Shown: one piece after another, positions 46,874 through 59,614 of the stretch | Layout of the letters: every line of letters begins with the position of its first letter | Position numbering within the stretch: position 1 is the first letter of the stretch | Source of the DNA: an uncultured Chloroflexia bacterium | Lineage (GTDB): Bacteria > Chloroflexota > Dehalococcoidia > DSTF01 > WHTK01 | Assembly: GCA_963703905.1 (NCBI GenBank) | Contig: CAVPFY010000006.1 | Coordinates: 34,918 to 98,917 of the forward strand | DNA: 64,000 bases | Direction: 5' to 3' | Translations under genes and position numbers: made by a program | Notes under the pieces: generated by a model | Seen by the model: the letters and a program-made list of their open reading frames with translations, nothing else | What the model was told of the DNA's origin: nothing | The model's database searches: none

Positions 46874-47762
46874 TCAAGGTGCCAGACCAGCCGGTTTGCA
46901 GCGACAGGTCGTCGTCGACTCGAGTTTCGGCCTGCAAGGCGCTCAGGCACGCCAGCACCGTCGTTTGGGTCAGCCAGTAGATCACCGGGTTCGGGATGTT
47001 GACGCCCAGGTGGTCGGCCGTGAGCCGCACGATCTCACCTACCTCATCGGCCTCTGATAGCGCCGCCGACCGCGTCGCGGATTTCGACCAGACGCGCCGC
47101 GTTCGATGTGCGCCCACGGCCCAATCTCGGCCTCCGCCGGGCCATGCCCCGGCACGAATGCGGTCACCTGCCCGTCGAGATTCGGCAGCGTCCGCCAGGG
47201 TCGCAGCCGTTCGTCGCACGTCCACATAGAAGGGAATGCCGTGCTTCTGCAGCACTTCCGGGGCGAAGCAAGCGTCGGCGAGAAAGCAGACGCCGCCGCC
47301 GACGATCATCATCTGATTCGGCGAGTGACCCGGTGCGGGCAGGATACGGGACGGCACACCGCCTAGCACCTGATCCCCCGTCCCTAGCACCCCGTCCACC
47401 GGGCACGGCTCGGCCAGGGTGAACTTGTGGCGCAGCTCGGCGATGGGAGCGCGCCGGAGAAGAGGTAGAGCGGCTCCAGATCGGGTTGGCCACCACGGCC
47501 GCTTCCAGCGCCGGCGCGTAGACCGGCGCGCCCGTGCGCGCGCGGATCGTCGCCGCGCCGCCGAAGTGGTCGGCGTGCGCGTGGGTGATGACGACGGCGC
47601 CAAGATGTGACCCAGGCTCTCGACGATGGCGCAGGATCTTCTTGGCAGTGTCGCGATCCAGGCCGGTGTCCACCAGCACCGCGCTGGCCATCCTGCGACG
47701 ATCAGGCCGGCGTTCGAGCCGCCGCGGAGTTGATAGGCTGTTCGGTGAGCGGACAGTTCCAT
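46870..47762 (-). CDS. MBL-fold metallo-hydrolase (frameshifted)
   Basis: [16 protein letters not shown] (HxHxDH), PGHSP, FLADA, VPGHG. Confidence 0.88.
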
Positions 47763-47797
47763 AATGCAAAACGTGGTGCGATTGCGTGCACCGTCGC

Positions 47798-48540
<743 letters not shown>

Positions 48541-48542
48541 CG

Positions 48543-49400
48543 TTACGTCCGGACGTGCGGACGACGAGGTCGTCCCGTCCGGCCTTGCCGACGGCGCCGC
48601 GGCCCAGGTACGCCTCGATCACCTTCGGGTTGTTCTGGATTTCCTTGGGCGTGCCGCGCGCGATCACCTCGCCGAAGTCCATCACCGTGAGCTTCTCGCA
48701 GATGTTCATCACCAGGCGCATCTGGTGCTCGATCAGCAGGATGGTCAGGTTGAAGCGGTCGCGGATGAAGTGGATGAACTCCATCAGCCGGCCGATCTCG
48801 CTCGGGTTCATGCCGGCGGCCGGCTCGTCGAGCAGCAGCAGCTTGGGATCGCTGGCCAGGGCACGGGCGATCTCGACGCGGCGCTGCTCGCCGTAGGGCA
48901 GGTTCTTGGCCAGCTCGTTCTGGATGCCGCTCCAGGCCGAAGATCGCCAGGAAGTCCTGCGCGCGCTCGATCATCTCGCGCTCTTTGGCCTCGAAGCGGC
49001 GGGTGCGCAGGATGCCGTCGAACAGCCCGTAGCCGGCGTGCGGGTGATAGGCGATACGCACATTGTCCAGCACGGTCAGGTTCGGGAACAGGCGGATGTT
49101 CTGGAAGGTGCGGCCGATGCCCGATCTGCGTGATCTCGAACGGCTCCAGCCCGACCAGCGGCTCGCCGCAGAAGATCGATCTCGCCGCCGGTCGGCACGT
49201 ACAGGCCGGTGATCATGTTGAAGACGGTGGTCTTGCCGGCGCCGTTCGGGCCGATCAGCCCGTCCAGCGCGCCCTTGCTGCACGGTCAGGTCGAAGTTGC
49301 CCACCGCGCGCAGGCCGCCGAACTGCTTGGTCAGCCCAGTGATCTCCAGCACCGGCGCAGGCAACCAGCCGTGGCAGCGGCAGCTCTGGGATTGCATCAG
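48543..49400 (-). CDS. livG: Branched-chain amino-acid ABC transporter ATP-binding protein LivG (frameshifted)
   Basis: [68 protein letters not shown]. Confidence 0.93.
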   Translation of the reverse strand: MMQSQSCRCHGWLPAPVLEITGLTKQFGGLRAVGNFDLTVQQGRAGRADRPERRRQDHRLQHDHRPVRADRRRDRSSAASRWSGWSRSRSRRSGIGRTFQNIRLFPNLTVLDNVRIAYHPHAGYGLFDGILRTRRFEAKEREMIERAQDFLAIFGLERHPERAGQEPALRRAAPRRDRPCPGQRSQAAAARRAGRRHEPERDRPADGVHPLHPRPLQPDHPADRAPDAPGDEHLREAHGDGLRRGDRARHAQGNPEQPEGDRGVPGPRRRRQGRTGRPRRPHVRT

Positions 49401-49431
49401 TGTCAGGTTGTCATCGTCGTCCTCTCTCACG

Positions 49432-50839
49432 CTACTTGCCTGCCGGCTGCATGCCGCCGCAGAGGGCACGTCCCGGCCGTGGCGGCTCGTCGAGCTGGAC
49501 TTGCGCGGCGGGACGATCGGCCGCTTCAGGAAGCCCCACTCGACGTTGCCCAGCAAGCCCTGCGGCCGCAGCAGCATCAGCAGGAGCAGCGCGATCGGGT
49601 AGAGCACGAAGCGCCAGGTCGGCGCCTCGGTGCCCAATCTGGCCCAGGAGCACGCGCAGCAGGCCTTCCAGGAAGAAGATCCAGCCGAAGGACGCCGCGA
49701 TGGTGCCGGTCATGCTGCCCAGGCCGCCGAACACGATGATGATCAGCGGGTTGAAGCCGACGAGGAAGTTGAAGGTGCCGGGGCTCAGGAAGCCGATGTA
49801 GTGGGCATAGATGCCGCCGCCGATGCCGGCAAACAGGCTGCCGATGACGAAGGCCAGCAGCTTGTAGTGCGCGACATCGATGCCCATCGCCTTGCCGGCC
49901 GTCTCGTCCTCGCGCACCGACATGATCGCGCGCCCGGTGCTGGAGTAGATCAGGTTGCGCATGACGATGATGACCACCACCAGGAAGACGAAGGCCCAGA
50001 ACCAGGTGGTCAGCTTGGGAATGCCGATCATGCCGCGGCCGCCCTTCATCTCGGGGAACGGCAGGATGCGTGTCGGAGTTGACCATCAGGGTCTGGACCA
50101 CGATGGTGAAGCCCAGGGTGGCGATGCCGAAGTAGTCGCTGCCCAGCGTCAGCACCGGCAGGCCGAACAGGAAGCTGATTCGGCCGCAAACGCGCCGCCG
50201 ATCAGCACCGCCAGCAAGAAGACCACCTGCTGCGACCGGGCACTGAGCAGGAAGCCGGGCGCATCGGCGCGTGCCGAAGCCGGGCGCACAGCGCCGCGTC
50301 GATGGGATTGCCGATCGACGACGGCGATGCACGCCGGCAAGCACCGCGCCGACCAGGTAGAGCGTGAACTGCGACAGGACCGGCATGCCCTTGTAGCGCT
50401 TGACGAGGCGGCCGACGCCCCAGGATCATCGATCCCGCCGAGGATCACGCCCAGCCCGGCCACGAACAGGCCGCTGGCATCCCCGATTGACCCAGCGATA
50501 GGTGATGTCTGCCGCCGCGTAGGCGCCGATGCCGTAGAAGCCCCACTGGCCCAGGCTGAACTGCCCGTTGAAGCCGTAGATCAGGTTCAGCCCCAGGGCC
50601 ACCATCGTCATCGCGCAGGCCTGGAAGAGCAGGCCCCGGTCGAAGTCGTTCAGGACCTGGAAGCCGCCGAACTCGGTCAGCAGCCAAGCTGGACGATCGC
50701 CGAACGCGGCCACGATGCCCACGATCTTGGCCCACAGCGGCTTGCGGCCCAGCACCCACAGCACGCCATAGACCCAGGCCAGGACGGCGACGATCTTGAC
50801 GACGGAAATGAGCAAGGAATCGCAGAGTTCAATATCCAT
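49432..50839 (-). CDS. livM: Branched-chain amino-acid ABC transporter permease LivM (frameshifted)
   Basis: LGLNLIYGFNGQFSLG..GFYGIGAY, DYFGIATLGF, GRAIMSVREDE, IVFGGLGS. Confidence 0.9.
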
Positions 50840-50850
50840 GCGCTGGCCCC

Positions 50851-51997
50851 CTATGCCTTCTCCCGCTCGGGCTCGCCGAAGATGCCGGTCGGGCGAACCA
50901 GGAGCACGAGGATCAGGATCGTGAAGGCGACCGCGTCGCGCATCGGCGTGGAGATGTAGCCCATGGTCAACGCTTCGGCCTGGCCCATGATCAGCGCGCC
51001 GACGAACGCGCCGGGGATGCTGCCGATGCCGCCCAAGCACCGCGGCCACGAAGGCCTTCAGGCCGGGCAGGATGCCCAGCTGCGTGCAGATCGACGGATA
51101 GGCGATGGCGTACAGCACGCCGCCCAGGCCGGCAAACGCCGCGCCGACGGCGAAGGTGAACGAGATGACGCCGTCGACGTTGATGCCCATCAAGCGGGCG
51201 GTCGGCTTGTCGAACGAGGTGGCGCGCATGGCCTTGCCGATCTTGGTGCGGCGCACCAGGAACTGCAGCAACACCTGCACCACGATCGAACGCGACCATG
51301 ATGATCAGGAAGATGTTGGAGAAGATGATGCGCTGTTCGGCGGCGGCGCCTGGCCCGGCTGCAGCTTGATGGATGCCGTCGCTGATGTACCAGGTCACGA
51401 CCTCGAACGGCCGTTGGTAGGGAATGAAGCGGGGCGAGAAGACGAAATTGAGTGCCCCGAAGAATTCCAGGAAGAACGATACGCCGATGGCGGTGATCAG
51501 GGCGGCGATGCGCGGCGCATCGCGCAGCGGCTTGTAGGCCACGCGCTCGATGATGACCGCCAGAGCCATGCAGACCACCATCGAGAGCAGCATCACGGTG
51601 ACGGAGCCGATGACCACCGCCAGCCACGGCGGGCATGCCTGGGAAGACCGCTGCGCGGCCACAGGTGAAGCTGGAAGCGCGCCACGGCATAGAAGCTGAC
51701 GAACGCGCCGACCATGAACACGTCGCCGTGGGCGAAGTTGATCAGCTTGACGATGCCGTAGACCATCGTGTAGCCCAGGGCGATCAGCGCATAGACGAAG
51801 CCCAGTTGCAGGCCGCTGAGCACGATCTGGATGAAACAGGATCGGGTTCTTGATAGCAGTTGCGTGACCAGGACGATAGACGCACCAGCACGGCCAAGAA
51901 GCAGCAGAGAACGCCCTGGCCGATCCAGGCCAAGCCGCGCCCCGGGTCGTCGCGCGCGGCATAGGACGTCTGCTGGGACACGCTCGCCTTGTTGCAT
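50851..51997 (-). CDS. livH: Branched-chain amino-acid ABC transporter permease LivH (frameshifted; start approximate)
   Basis: YALIALGYTMVYGIVKLINFAHGD, IERVAYKPLR, GKAMRA, GLKAFVAAVLGGIGSIPGA. Confidence 0.9.
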
Positions 51998-52042
51998 CCG
52001 CGGAATACCTCCGAGGTCGAGATGAAGGGCGAGCTGGACAAG

Positions 52043-52093
52043 TAGGCAAGTAGACGAGGCGTCGACCGAACGATCCGCCCTGTCTACTTGTCT
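52043..52093. repeat. Inverted repeat or stem-loop between livK and livH, built on a CAAGTAG heptamer
   Basis: (GA)CAAGTAG-GCAAGTAGAC ... GTCTACTTGTC. Confidence 0.55.
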
Positions 52094-52149
52094 TACGATA
52101 GGGCGACTATGCGTCGCCCGTCCATCTGACGATCAGGCGCGCTGGAGCC

Positions 52150-53397
52150 TTACGGGTTGACGACCGAGTTGAACTTGACGCTTGTCCGGCTGACCTCCAG
52201 GATGGTCGCCGACTTGATCGGGTTGTGCTGCGCGTCGAAGGTGATCTTGCCGGAGACGCCGTCGAAGGTGATCCTGGCAAGCGCGTCCTTCACCTTGGTC
52301 GGTGTCGTCCGCGCCGGCGGCCTTGATGGCCTCCAGCATCAGGTTGGTGGCGTCGTAGGCCAGGGCGGCCAGCGCATCCGGCACCTTCGGGTTGCCCTTG
52401 TCGTCCTTGTACTTGGCGCCGATAGGTCTTGAGGAAGTTCTGCACCTCCGGGCGCGGGTCGTCCGGCGAGTAGTGGTTGGTGAAGTAGCCACCGGCCGCC
52501 GCCGTCTTGTCCAGGTCCGACGAATCCCAGCCGTCGCCGCCCATGAACGGGGCGGTGATGCCCTTTTCCTTGGCCTGCTTGGTCGACCAGGTTGACGACG
52601 TTGTAGTAGTCGGGCAGGTAGATCATGTCGGGCTTGGCCGTCGGCGACCTTGGCCAGGATGGCCGAGAAGTCGGTGTCCGTCCCGGTGTAGTTTTCCTTG
52701 CCGACGATCTTGCCGCCACCTGCGGCGAAGGCCTTCTCGAAGAACTCGGCCAGGCCCTTGACGTAGTCGTTGGCCTGGTCGAGCATGATGAAGGCGGTCT
52801 TGGCCTTCAGGTTCTCCATGGCGAACTTGGCGCCCACCGTGCCCTGGAACGGGTCGATGAAGCAGGCGCGGAAGATGTAGTCCTTGACCTTGCCGTCCGC
52901 GCCGACGGTCACGCCGGGTTGGTGGAGGTCGGGCTGATCTGGATGACCTTCTTGGCGTTGGCGATCTCGGAGATCGGGATGGAGGCCTTGGAGCAGACTT
53001 CGCCGATGATGTAGTGGACCTTGTCCTGGTCGATGACCTTGTTGGCCGCATTGACGGCCGGGTCAGGGGTGCACTGGCTGTCTTCGACGATCGGCACGAT
53101 CTTCTTGCCGTTGACGCCGCCCTTGGCGTTCCACTCTTCGATGGCCAGCAGGGCGCCATCGCGGGTCACACGCCGAAGGTGGGCACAGGGCCGGAAAGCG
53201 GGGCCAGGATGGCGATCTTGAGGTCGCCGCCCGCGCGGCTCTGCGGCAGCAGGCTCTTCAGCAACGGGCTCTGCAGCAGGTTCTTCAGCGGCAGGTTGTT
53301 CCGCCGGAGCGGCCGGCGCCGGAGCGGCTGGTGCGGCGCAGGCAGACAACACCAGCGCAACCAACACGAACAAGCTGAGGAACTTCAGTGTACGCAT
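52150..53397 (-). CDS. Branched-chain amino-acid ABC transporter substrate-binding lipoprotein (LivJ/LivK family; frameshifted)
   Basis: Lipobox LSAC, APLSGPVPTFG, WNAKGGVNGKKI, IGEVCS, ISPTSTNP, FRACFIDPFQG, ALAYDA. Confidence 0.92.
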
Positions 53398-53666
53398 TGG
53401 ACTTTCTCCTCCGTGAAGTTTGGATGTCGGAATGGACGGACGATATCGGTTACGGCAAGTTGAGCGTTGCCGGACGTCACGACGCGAAGCAGCGCATGAA
53501 GTCGCGCTGCAACTTTGCATTCCGGCACGCATAGGTCCGCCACCGGAACTATACCGGTAGGGCCATAGCAAGAACATGAGGCCAGTGAACACGTCGTTGT
53601 GCAATCGTCCGGCCAGGGCAGTGGGGATGCCGGAGTACCTTATTTCACGAACGCAATGTAAGCGGG

Positions 53667-53695
53667 ATTATAATAAAGGCATTTGCAAATGTCAA
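53667..53695 (-). promoter_or_regulatory. Perfect-consensus promoter of the liv operon
   Basis: On the minus strand TTGACA (53695-53690), N17, TATAAT (53672-53667). Confidence 0.8.
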
Positions 53696-53700
53696 GCGGC

Positions 53701-53729
53701 TTGACAGGGGGGCGACCCGCACCTATAAT
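53701..53729 (+). promoter_or_regulatory. Perfect-consensus promoter of the 53795 membrane protein gene
   Basis: TTGACA-N17-TATAAT. Confidence 0.8.
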
Positions 53730-53794
53730 CAGAACCGCCCACCCCGGTCCGCCCATTCATGCCGGGAATATCGTTGGCTGGAGTCAAATGCCTC

Positions 53795-54190
53795 ATGCAA
53801 CAGCAAACATTGGCGCGCCCCGGTGTCATTACCGCGTTGCTAATCTTGCAGGTGATTCCGTTGCTCCTGTTCCCGGCCTCGTCCTTCTCGCCGACGACAC
53901 AGGAATGGTGGCTGCCGGTCCTGCTGGTGCTGATGGTGGTGGTCGCGGATTTCCAGCTGATCGTGCGGCGCAGTACGGCGGCGTGGCCGTGGTATCTGAT
54001 TTCTTTCGCCCAAGGCTTCAACATCATCAGCCGTCTGCTCATGGTCTGGCCACATGCCACGGTTGCGGCAGGCGATCAGACAGTCTTCAACGGGCCTTAC
54101 GTGCTGCTCACCGGCATCTCCATGTTGATGTCGATCTTCTTCCTCTGGTACTTCGAGAAGCCAAACGTCCGCGTGGGCCTCTTGCACTGA
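53795..54190 (+). CDS. Hypothetical small membrane protein (about 4 TM)
   Basis: Clean ORF with hydrophobic helices, GGAG SD and a dedicated promoter; no recognised motif. Confidence 0.75.
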   Translation: MQQQTLARPGVITALLILQVIPLLLFPASSFSPTTQEWWLPVLLVLMVVVADFQLIVRRSTAAWPWYLISFAQGFNIISRLLMVWPHATVAAGDQTVFNGPYVLLTGISMLMSIFFLWYFEKPNVRVGLLH

Positions 54191-54249
54191 ACCTCACTGT
54201 GGCGTCGCGGCGTCTTTCGGCGCATCTGCCGGGACTGCGGCGCTCGTGG

Positions 54250-54665
54250 GCCCACTGACTGGGATATCCTGCCCTGTCGGCGGGCGCGCTGCCAGCAACG
54301 GCTCTTCGTCCGCCGGCACTCTGCATCACCAGTTGGCCGTGGAAATGCGCGCCGTCGTCCAGCAGGAACGACCGCACGTTGATGGTGCCCCACATGCGCC
54401 CACCCTCCAGCAGCTCCACCCGATCGGCCGTGATCGTGCCCTTGTAGGCGCCGGCGACCGACACCGTCTTGGCCTTGATGTCGCACAGCACCCGACCCGT
54501 CTCGGTGATCAGCACGTTGCCCGGCGTCTCGATGCTGCCGCCCTCGACCGTGCCGTCCAGCCGCACGCTGCCATCGCAGCGCAGCTGGCCGTTGAAGGTG
54601 GCCCGCGGTCCGATGATCACCTCGATCTGATCCGGCGCAGGCCGGGATTCACGTCTGAAAACCAT
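54250..54665 (-). CDS. Bactofilin (polymer-forming cytoskeletal protein); 3' end uncertain
   Basis: IIG....F.GQL...G.VRLDGTVEG.I...G.V.I...G.V...I.A..V.V.G...G.I.A..VEL...G...G.I....L....GA.F.G repeat pattern. Confidence 0.88.
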
Positions 54666-54675
54666 GCAGTTGCTC

Positions 54676-55176
54676 CTAAGGCGTGCTGCTGCGCGCCTGA
54701 GTGATGACCTGTTGTTCTTCGTCGGTCAGCGGATAGGGCGATTCCCACGTGGCCAGCGGCTTGCCGTACACCCGCGTCACATCACGGCTGTGCAGGCTGC
54801 TGATCACCACGCCGTTGCCGTCCTCATCGGCCAACGCCAGCGCGAAGCTCTGATCGCCGCCGGCATCTCGAAACGGGTTGAAACGCAGGAACCCGACCCG
54901 CTGCACATGGCGGCGGCCATCGCGCTCCAGTCGCCGTGCCAGGGTGTCCAGTTCACCAGTGCGTTCTACGGCCGCGCCCACGCGCTGCGTATGGGATTCC
55001 AGTATCTCGGCCAGATTGTCACCGTCGGCGCCGGTAGTCAACGCGCGATAGTGCACTTCCAGCCGCTGCAGTTTGATGATCAGCCAGATCACAGTCCCCA
55101 GAAGCGCCAGCACGAGAATCACCAGCGCGATCAGCAGCGGACCACCGTAGAGGGACAGCCAAGGCACCGTCACCGT
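54676..55176 (-). CDS. DUF4446-family protein
   Basis: N-terminal TM, coiled coil, then [47 protein letters not shown]. Confidence 0.85.
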   Translation of the reverse strand, partial: TVTVPWLSLYGGPLLIALVILVLALLGTVIWLIIKLQRLEVHYRALTTGADGDNLAEILESHTQRVGAAVERTGELDTLARRLERDGRRHVQRVGFLRFNPFRDAGGDQSFALALADEDGNGVVISSLHSRDVTRVYGKPLATWESPYPLTDEEQQVITQARSSTP

Positions 55177-55187
55177 GTGGGAAATCC

Positions 55188-56141
55188 TCACGCCTTCTCG
55201 ATCAGGGAACTGATGGACTCGCCGACGTGAATCCGCCAGATCACTTGAGCCAGCAGCTCGGCCACCGAGAGGACGGTGATCTTGGGGTGTGCCCGGATGT
55301 TCCAGGGGCTGTGCAATCGTGTCGGAGATGACCAGCTGCTTGATATAGGGCTGCTCCAGCCGCTCCAGGGCCGAAGGCAACAGCACGCCGTGCGTGATCG
55401 CCAGATAGATCTCCGGCCGTGCACCGGCCTGCACTAAATCGTCCACCTGATCCAGCACGCTGCCGCCGGCGATCACGTCGTCGATGATGATAGGGATTTT
55501 GCCTTCGATGTCACCGACCACGTGGCTGATCCGGGTGGTTGTGAAATCCTCGCGACGCTTGTGCATGACGACCAGCGGCAAGCCCAGGATCTCCGCGTAC
55601 TTGCCGGCAAACTTGGCCCGTCCCACATCGGGTGAGACGATCGCCGCATCGCGAATTCGGGCCGGCGGAAGTACGCCGCCAGGACCGGCAGCGCCGTCAG
55701 TGGATCGACCGGCACCTCGAAGAAACCCTGTGTCGCGGGCGCGTGGACGTCGAAGTAGATCACGCGGCAGACGCCCATCGCCTCCAGCATCGTCGCCACG
55801 ACCTTCGCGCTGATGGCTTCGCGGCCGTGGGCCATGCGCTCTTGCCGGCCGTAGGGATAGTACGGGACGACCGCGGTGATCTCGTGAGCCGACGCGCGCC
55901 GGAACGCATCGACGTAGAGGAGCAATTCCATCAGGTTGTCGTTGACGGGGGCCGAGCAGGGCTGGATGATGAACACGTCCTGGTCGCGCACGGCCTCGTC
56001 GATCGAGACGTGGATCTCGGTATCTTTGAGGTGTGTCGTGGTGCAGCGGCCTAACGGTATATTCAGGATCTGGCTGACTGCCTCGGCGAGCGGACGGTTG
56101 GCGGATCCAGAGAAGATTCGCAACGGGTGATGTGTGCCCAT
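55188..56141 (-). CDS. prs: Ribose-phosphate pyrophosphokinase (frameshifted)
   Basis: [56 protein letters not shown]. Confidence 0.93.
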
Positions 56142-56215
56142 GCCTCCCCTCCTCTTGCTGAGGGTCTCGCGCGCATGATAACATCGAGGCGTTGAGCCTG
56201 CAAACAGGAGACCCC

Positions 56216-56821
56216 ATGACCACGCCGCGCAAACTGCTGATCGCCACGCGCAACGCCGGCAAGGTCCGCGAATATCGGGAGCTGCTCGCCGCTCTGCCGC
56301 TGGAAGTGACCTACCTGGATGCCGAGGGCATTACGCTGGAGGTGGAAGAGACCGGCGATACCTTCGCCGACAACGCCGTGCTGAAGGCGACCACCTACGC
56401 CCGCGCCAGCGGCCTGTGGACGTGGGCCGACGATTCGGGGCTGGAAGTGGATGCGCTGGGCGGCGCGCCGGGCGTCTATTCGGCGCGCTACGCCGGGCCG
56501 AATGCCAGCGACGCCGACCGCTATCGCAAGCTGCTGGACGCGCTGGCCGGCGTGCCGTGGGACCAGCGCACCGCGCGCTTTCGCTGCGTCGTGGCGCTGG
56601 CGACCCCGGAGGGCGGAGACGTGCGTACCACCGAGGGTGTATGCGAGGGCATCATCGCTTTCGGCCCGCTGGGCAACAACGGCTTCGGCTACGATCCGGT
56701 ATTCTATCTGCCCGATCGGGGCGTCACCATGGCGCAACTGCCGCCGGAGGAGAAGCACGCCATCAGCCACCGCGGCCGCGCCGCGCGGGCGATGGTTGCG
56801 GTGCTGTCAGGAATGATATAG
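56216..56821 (+). CDS. rdgB: Non-canonical purine NTP pyrophosphatase (RdgB/HAM1)
   Basis: [67 protein letters not shown]. Confidence 0.95.
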   Translation: MTTPRKLLIATRNAGKVREYRELLAALPLEVTYLDAEGITLEVEETGDTFADNAVLKATTYARASGLWTWADDSGLEVDALGGAPGVYSARYAGPNASDADRYRKLLDALAGVPWDQRTARFRCVVALATPEGGDVRTTEGVCEGIIAFGPLGNNGFGYDPVFYLPDRGVTMAQLPPEEKHAISHRGRAARAMVAVLSGMI

Positions 56822-56931
56822 GGACGCGTCCGTTCACAGTCCGGCTTATTGGGCTTTGCTTGACAAAGCGAGAGGCACCATCCACGGCGCGCTAAAGCGG
56901 CCCTGTGGCTACAAGCGGGCCTTTGCAAGCG

Positions 56932-57417
56932 TCACACCAGGTCGGCGATGCTTGCGGCAAGCTGCTCGCGCGTCTCCGCCAGCAGTTGCGGGATCAGCTT
57001 CACGTCGCCCAGCACGGCCATGAAGTTGTTGTCGCCGCTCCAGCGGGGGACGATGTGCAGGTGGACGTGGTCTTTCACGCCTGCGCCCGCCGCCGCGCCG
57101 ATGTTGGCCCCGACGTTGAAGCCGTCGGGGCGCATCGTCGCCCGCAGGGCGCGCATCCCCAGCGTCACCATCGCCATCAGACCGGCCATTTCGTCGGCGT
57201 CCAGCGCTTCCAGCGTTTCGACGTGACGATAGGGCACGGCCATGATGTGGCCGCTGTTGTAAGGATACTTGTTCAGCACCAGGAACGCGCGTTCGCCGCG
57301 GTGCACGATCAGGCTCGCGGCGTCATCTCCCGCGTCCAACATGACACAGAAGATGCACCCATCCTGCTTGTGACTCCGGATGTACTCCATCCGCCACGGC
57401 GTGAATGCGCGTTCCAT
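56932..57417 (-). CDS. HIT-family hydrolase
   Basis: PWRMEYI, CIFC, LNKYPYNSGH, GFNVGANIG..AGAG...HVHLHIVPRWSGD. Confidence 0.93.
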   Translation of the reverse strand: MERAFTPWRMEYIRSHKQDGCIFCVMLDAGDDAASLIVHRGERAFLVLNKYPYNSGHIMAVPYRHVETLEALDADEMAGLMAMVTLGMRALRATMRPDGFNVGANIGAAAGAGVKDHVHLHIVPRWSGDNNFMAVLGDVKLIPQLLAETREQLAASIADLV

Positions 57418-57448
57418 CGGCTCTCTCTTCCGCTCCTTGCTCCCTGCT

Positions 57449-59483
57449 CTACTTTCCCAATACCTTCAGGGCGTGCGCCGCCACATTCTCCGGCGTGATC
57501 CCCAGGTGGGCCATCACCGCCGGCCCCTTGCCCGACTCGCCGAAACGGTTGATGCCGACCATCGCGCCCCCGGCCCCGGCGTAGCGCTCCCAACCTTGCG
57601 TGATGCCCGCTTCCACGGTCACACGCGCGGCGATGGCAGGGGGCAGCACGCTGTCGCGGTAGGCCGCATCCTGCGCGTCGAACAGCTCCCAGCTGGGCAT
57701 GCTGACCACACGCGCCGGCCACGTCCTGCTGCGCCAGCAGGTCGCGCGCCGCCATTGCCACGGAAACCTCCGACCCTGTGCCGATCAGGATCACGTCGGG
57801 TTGCCCGTTCTCGGCGTCGGCCAGCACGTAGGCCCCGCGTTCCAGTGTGCCGGGCGCACCGGTCCCGGATAGCACGGGCAGGTTCTGGCGGGTGAGCAGT
57901 AGCGCTACCGGGCCGTCGCGGTGCGTCAGGGCATAGCGCCAGGCTGCGGCGGTCTCGTTGGCATCGGCGGGGCGAATGACGGTCAAGGAAGGGATCGCCC
58001 GCAGCGCCATGGCATGCTCGATGGGCTGGTGGGTCGGGCCGTCCTCGCCCAGACCCACCGAGTCGTGCGTCCAGACGAACGTCACTGCCGTTCCCATAAT
58101 GGCGGCCAGCCGGACCGTCGGGCGCATGTAGTCGGAGAAGACCAGGAACGTCCCGCCATAGGGGAAGACGCCGCCGTGCAGCGCCAGCCCGTTCAGCGTC
58201 GCGCCCATGGCGTGCTCGCGGATGCCCCAGCGCACGTAGCGCCCGGCGAAGTCGCCCGGCTTGATATCGGTGACGCCCTTGAAGCGGGTGTTGTTCGACG
58301 GCGTCAGGTCGGCGGAGCCGCCTATCAACGTCGGGATGCGCGGGGCGATGGCATCCAGTACTTTGCCGGAGGCTGAGCGCGTCGCCAGCTTGTCTCCCGG
58401 TTTCCACACCGGCATGTCGGCGTCCCAGCCCTCGGGCAGCACACCGGCCAGCGCGTCTGCGCAGCATCGCCGCCTGTTCCGGGTATTCCCGTTCGTAGCC
58501 GGGCCACAATGCTTCCCAGGCTGCCTGCCGTTCGCGCCCGGCATCCAGTGTTGACCGGTACAGCGCCAGCACATCGTCCGGTAACCAGAACGCTTCGTCG
58601 GCGGGCATCCCGAGCGCTTGCTTGGTCAGGCGGATTTCGTCCGCGCCCAACGGCGAGCCGTGCGCCTCAGCCGTGTCCTGCTTGTTCGGGCTGCCATAGG
58701 CGATGTGCGCCTTGCAGACGATGAGAGAGGGCCGGTCTGTCGCCGCTTGCGCCTGCACGATGGCTGCCTCAATGGCCGGGCATATCGTAGGCGTTCACGG
58801 TCTGCACGTGCCAGCCGTACGCCCCGAAGCGCGAGCGGGACGTTGTCGCTGTACGATAGCGATGTCGGGCCGTCAATGCTGATGTTGTTGTCGTCGTAGA
58901 AGTAGATCAGCTTGCCCAGGCCCAGGTGACCGGCCAGCGAAGCCGCCTCGTGGCTGATGCCTTCCTCGAGGTCGCCGTCGCTGCAAATGGCATAGGTGTA
59001 GTGGTCCAGCAATGCGTAGCCCGGCCGGTTGAAGTTGGCCGCCAGGAAAGCCTCGGCCAGCGCCATGCCCACGCCGGTAGCGAAGCCCTGGCCCAGTGGG
59101 CCGGTGGTCGTGTCTACGCCGGGCGTCACGCCGTATTCCGGATGGCCGGGCGTGATACTGCCCAGTTGCCGGAACTGCTTGAGCTGTGCCAGCGGCACGT
59201 CGTAGCCGGCCAGGTGCAGCAAGGCGTAGAGCAGCATGGAACCATGACCGGCCGAGAGGATGAACCGGTCGCGGTTGAGCCACTTCGGGTCCGCCGGGTT
59301 GTGGCGCAGGAAGCGCGTCCAGAGGACGTGAGCGACGGTGGCCATCCCCATGGGCATGCCGGGGTGACCCGAGTCGGCGGCTTGCACGGCGTCCATTGCC
59401 AGCCCGCGAATGACGTTGGCCGCAGTGACGTCCAGATCACTGAAAGGCGCCGGATGATGCGAAAGATTGGCTACGGTTTGCAC
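57449..59483 (-). CDS. tkt: Transketolase (frameshifted)
   Basis: [64 protein letters not shown]...[24 protein letters not shown]. Confidence 0.96.
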
Positions 59484-59519
59484 GCTTCCTCCGTTTGCGA
59501 TTCATATCGAGTTGGGGCC

Positions 59520-59549
59520 AGTGTAACAGATAGATGCCTCGCGTCTCAA
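59520..59549 (-). promoter_or_regulatory. Putative promoter of tkt
   Basis: On the minus strand TTGAGA-N18-TACACT with TGn. Confidence 0.5.
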
Positions 59550-59578
59550 ACTGTGGCTCCTGCCCGCGCGGTTTTTTC

Positions 59579-59608
59579 TTGACACGAACGTATGTTCTAT
59601 GGTATAAT
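59579..59608 (+). promoter_or_regulatory. Consensus promoter containing a LexA-type operator GAAC-N4-GTTC (59586-59597) between -35 and -10
   Basis: TTGACA-CGAACGTATGTTCTATGG-TATAAT (N18, TGn extension). Confidence 0.75.
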
Positions 59609-59614
59609 AGAGCT

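Noticed and set aside
53400-53660. T-box or attenuator in the 260-nt liv leader
   Set aside because: No T-box consensus (AAnnnnGGTGGnACC) and no terminator with a U-tract seen; only short hairpins.
54676-56262. Apparent 528-aa prs-DUF4446 fusion in the ORF track
   Set aside because: It is a mosaic of frames. prs ends normally at 55188 (SISSLIEKA*), and DUF4446 has its own GTG start near 55176.
56855-56885. TTGACA after rdgB as a promoter
   Set aside because: No -10 element at a suitable spacing, and the downstream gene is on the opposite strand.
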